Shown here in pieces: positions 18,277-20,895 of a stretch of 20,895 nt of DNA. Position numbers and translations under genes: made by a program. How positions within the stretch are numbered: position 1 is the first letter of the stretch; every line of letters begins with the position of its first letter. Below the pieces are notes generated by a model. The model was given only the letters and a program-made list of their open reading frames with translations. It was not told where the DNA came from and made no database searches. Origin of the DNA: a virus (Duplodnaviria; Heunggongvirae; Uroviricota; Caudoviricetes); the IMG/VR virus record IMGVR_UViG_2703718846_000002; one strand, written 5' to 3'.

Positions 18277-18592
18277 AGTGAGACTCTATACGAAATTGGT
18301 GTTCATATCATAATGCATCTCAGAAAATAATTTTGATTATTTTTGTGCATATTTGTATGTACACGTTCGAAAATAAACGAATGCGTATGCAACCCCGTAA
18401 CTTTGGTGAGACCCAAAATCGATTTTGTGAAAAATGGCTTTAACTCGGTTTGTTTTTCGAGTTCCGGGCGGACTCAAGGAAGAAGAATAGTGTTGCGTGT
18501 TATTTTAACCAGATTTCAAGTTGTTTGGTCGTGGAAAAGTGGAGCAAAATGTTGTTAAAGTGGAAAAATGATAAAAAAGTAAGTTTATTATA

Positions 18593-18826
18593 TTACATTT
18601 TACCATTTAAATTTTGGTTGTCTTTAAGAACTGATATCGCTGTTTGTAATAATTCTTTGTTATCCAGCCATGATTTTTTCTTTATGTTTCCTTCAATGTA
18701 ATCAAGCAATGTTCTGGTATTGATAGGTCTTCCCTGTTTTGCTACTTCCACTACAGCATCCCCTAGGATAATTCTGACTTCAGGAAGCTGCGCAGGGAAC
18801 CACTTTAGGGTGTCTTTTGATTTCAT
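18593..18826 (-). CDS. ydfK: YdfK/YnaE-family small protein (cold-shock-induced family)
   Basis: 77 codons from MKSKDTLKWFPAQLPEVRIILGDAVVEVAKQGRPINTRTLL...; the ORF track extends it to 18859. Confidence 0.75.
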   Translation of the reverse strand: MKSKDTLKWFPAQLPEVRIILGDAVVEVAKQGRPINTRTLLDYIEGNIKKKSWLDNKELLQTAISVLKDNQNLNGKM

Positions 18827-19611
18827 GAATATATTCCTTAAAATATTATTGATTTTCATTGCGATATTGTATGTCTGATTCAGGATATGTTGACTTATAC
18901 ATCGGTTTTGTCTGGGTTATTGGATATGCCAATCCCTAATTTTATTAGAGCATGACTAAAAATGCTGAATATGATAAGGAGCGAAGTGATTATCAGTATG
19001 CTGTTCATATAGCCTCGAATTAGTAATGTGTTATATATGATATAGTTGACAATTTTTATCCTGGGTGTTCTTAAAGTTCGTAGATAAACATTGTCGTTTC
19101 AGGTATACAGGAATGCTAACAGATGGCGGCAAAAATCAGGCGGTTTATGGCGCAAGCTGAAGTGGCAACTGCAAACTATCTTATGCAGAGACTCTACACG
19201 GATTGGGTTTAAAAGTATACATAGATAACAGTTTTTATCTGAAGAAGAAAAATATCAAGGTGATATAGCCTATATGCCTTTGATGTGGAGGAATGAATGT
19301 GATGGGAGTGATGTATCTGAATAGTTGAAAAACCGCAGACACGCCTTATGCAAGAACGTGCTGCGGTTGGCTGGTAAATTTTTCGATAGTGCGAGTATTG
19401 AATGATTTCCAGCCGTTATTGATTTTACGCGTAACTCCATGAAAAAACTACTTATCTGTTGAGGAGTTTTTTTGGGGCATATATGGGACAGAAATGGGCC
19501 CCAGATAGACACTGAGATCGAACTTAGGATGCTTTTTAAAAAATGCAACTATCTGAAAAAACCTAGAAAACGCCAAGGAAACCACAGGATGGGAAAAAAC
19601 ACCTGTGAATT

Positions 19612-20895
19612 ATGGATTTCCAGTTATATTCGCTCGGCGCAGCGTTAGTGTTTCATGAAATATTTTTTCCTGAATCATCAACGGCAATGGCGTTAATTCT
19701 GGCAATGGGAACCTACGGTGCAGGTTATGTGGCGCGTATTGTCGGAGCATTTATTTTCGGCAAAATGGGCGACAGAATAGGGCGTAAAAAAGTGCTCTTT
19801 ATTACCATCACCATGATGGGGATCTGTACCACCTTAATTGGTGTGTTACCGACCTATGCACAGATTGGTGTTTTTGCACCCATCTTGCTGGTGACGTTGC
19901 GTATTATTCAGGGGTTGGGTGCAGGTGCGGAAATTTCCGGTGCCGGTACGATGCTGGCGGAATATGCGCCAAAAGGTAAGCGCGGAATTATCTCCTCATT
20001 TGTGGCTATGGGAACTAACTGCGGAACCTTGAGCGCAACGGCAATCTGGGCCTTTATGTTCTTCATTCTCAGTAAAGAGGAACTGCTGGCGTGGGGATGG
20101 CGTATACCGTTCCTGGCGAGTGTTGTCGTGATGGTCTTTGCTATCTGGTTGCGTATGAATCTGAAAGAAAGCCCGGTCTTTGAGAAGGTTAACGACAGTA
20201 ACCAACCGACAGCAAAACCTGCACCTGCTGGTAGCATGTTCCAGAGCAAATCCTTCTGGCTGGCAACAGGGCTGCGTTTTGGTCAGGCGGGTAACTCCGG
20301 GTTAATTCAGACTTTCCTTGCAGGCTATTTAGTGCAGACGTTATTGTTTAACAAAGCAATTCCAACAGATGCATTGATGATCAGTTCGATTCTCGGCTTT
20401 ATGACCATTCCGTTCCTTGGTTGGTTATCCGATAAAATTGGTCGCCGGATCCCGTATATTATTATGAATACCTCCGCGATTGTGCTGGCATGGCCAATGC
20501 TTTCTATCATTGTAGATAAAAGCTATGCCCCGAGCACCATTATGGTTGCACTGATTGTGATTCATAACTGTGCGGTGCTGGGATTATTTGCTCTGGAAAA
20601 CATTACCATGGCAGAAATGTTCGGCTGTAAAAACCGCTTTACCCGGATGGCTATTTCTAAAGAAATTGGTGGTCTTATCGCTTCCGGTTTTGGTCCTATC
20701 CTGGCGGGTATTTTCTGCACCATGACGGAATCCTGGTATCCGATCGCCATTATGATCATGGCATATTCAGTGATTGGTTTAATCTCTGCGCTGAAAATGC
20801 CAGAGGTGAAAGACCGTGATTTAAGTGCGCTGGAAGACGCTGCGGAAGATCAACCGCGTGTTGTAAGAGCTGCGCAACCTTCCAGAAGTCTGTAA
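19612..20895 (+). pseudogene. ydfJ: MFS metabolite:H+ symporter (ydfJ-like), N-terminally truncated at the prophage junction
   Basis: 427-aa ORF beginning MDFQLYSLGAALVFHEIFFP, which corresponds to the conserved (W)FDFY region about 30-35 residues into intact family members such as KgtP. An in-frame TGA lies two codons upstream of the first Met. The window ends at the stop codon. Confidence 0.65.

Noticed and set aside
19270-19548. 92-aa minus-strand ORF with a TTG start in the prophage-host junction region
   Set aside because: Non-ATG start, no RBS, low-complexity sequence in an AT-rich intergenic stretch.
19612-19614. One-base disagreement between the printed coordinate ruler and the ORF track at the transporter start
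   Set aside because: By the ruler the ATG falls at 19611, but the ORF track gives 19612, and frame checks elsewhere agree with the track. I treated it as my miscounting a homopolymer run and kept the track coordinates.

Overview
The window reads as a decayed lambdoid prophage closely resembling the Qin cryptic prophage of E. coli K-12, laid out in lambda prophage order and ending at the host junction inside an MFS transporter gene (ydfJ-like). Nothing was searched or computed; every call rests on reading the translations and DNA by eye, and gene names come from recalled K-12 and lambda sequences. Hand-derived coordinates may be off by 1-2 bp. Left to right: an int-xis-DEDDh exonuclease arm (minus strand) cut short by a DDE-transposase remnant; flxA with a sigma-28 promoter; relB-relE-hokD; rem; a 92-aa ORF coupled to ydfU (C-terminal HNH motif); the Q antiterminator quuQ with a pR'/tR'-like promoter and hairpin; a cspF/cspB pair; a phage-21-type lysis cassette (pinholin, ydfR, SAR endolysin, Rz/Rz1); cspI; gnsB; ydfO and ynfO; a lambda-type cos site; a Nu1 gene with an in-frame TGA; an in-frame terminase-A/J/side-tail-fibre chimera; tfa; the Pin invertase; ydfK. 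I saw no immunity or replication genes, no tRNA and no CRISPR array. The candidates most worth follow-up are a ynfO (ribbon-helix-helix)/ydfO gene pair, two Com-like zinc-ribbon small ORFs near the csp genes, a strong-RBS 11-codon mini-ORF with a terminator downstream of cspB, and the codon-diversified peptide repeat in the tail-fibre remnant.
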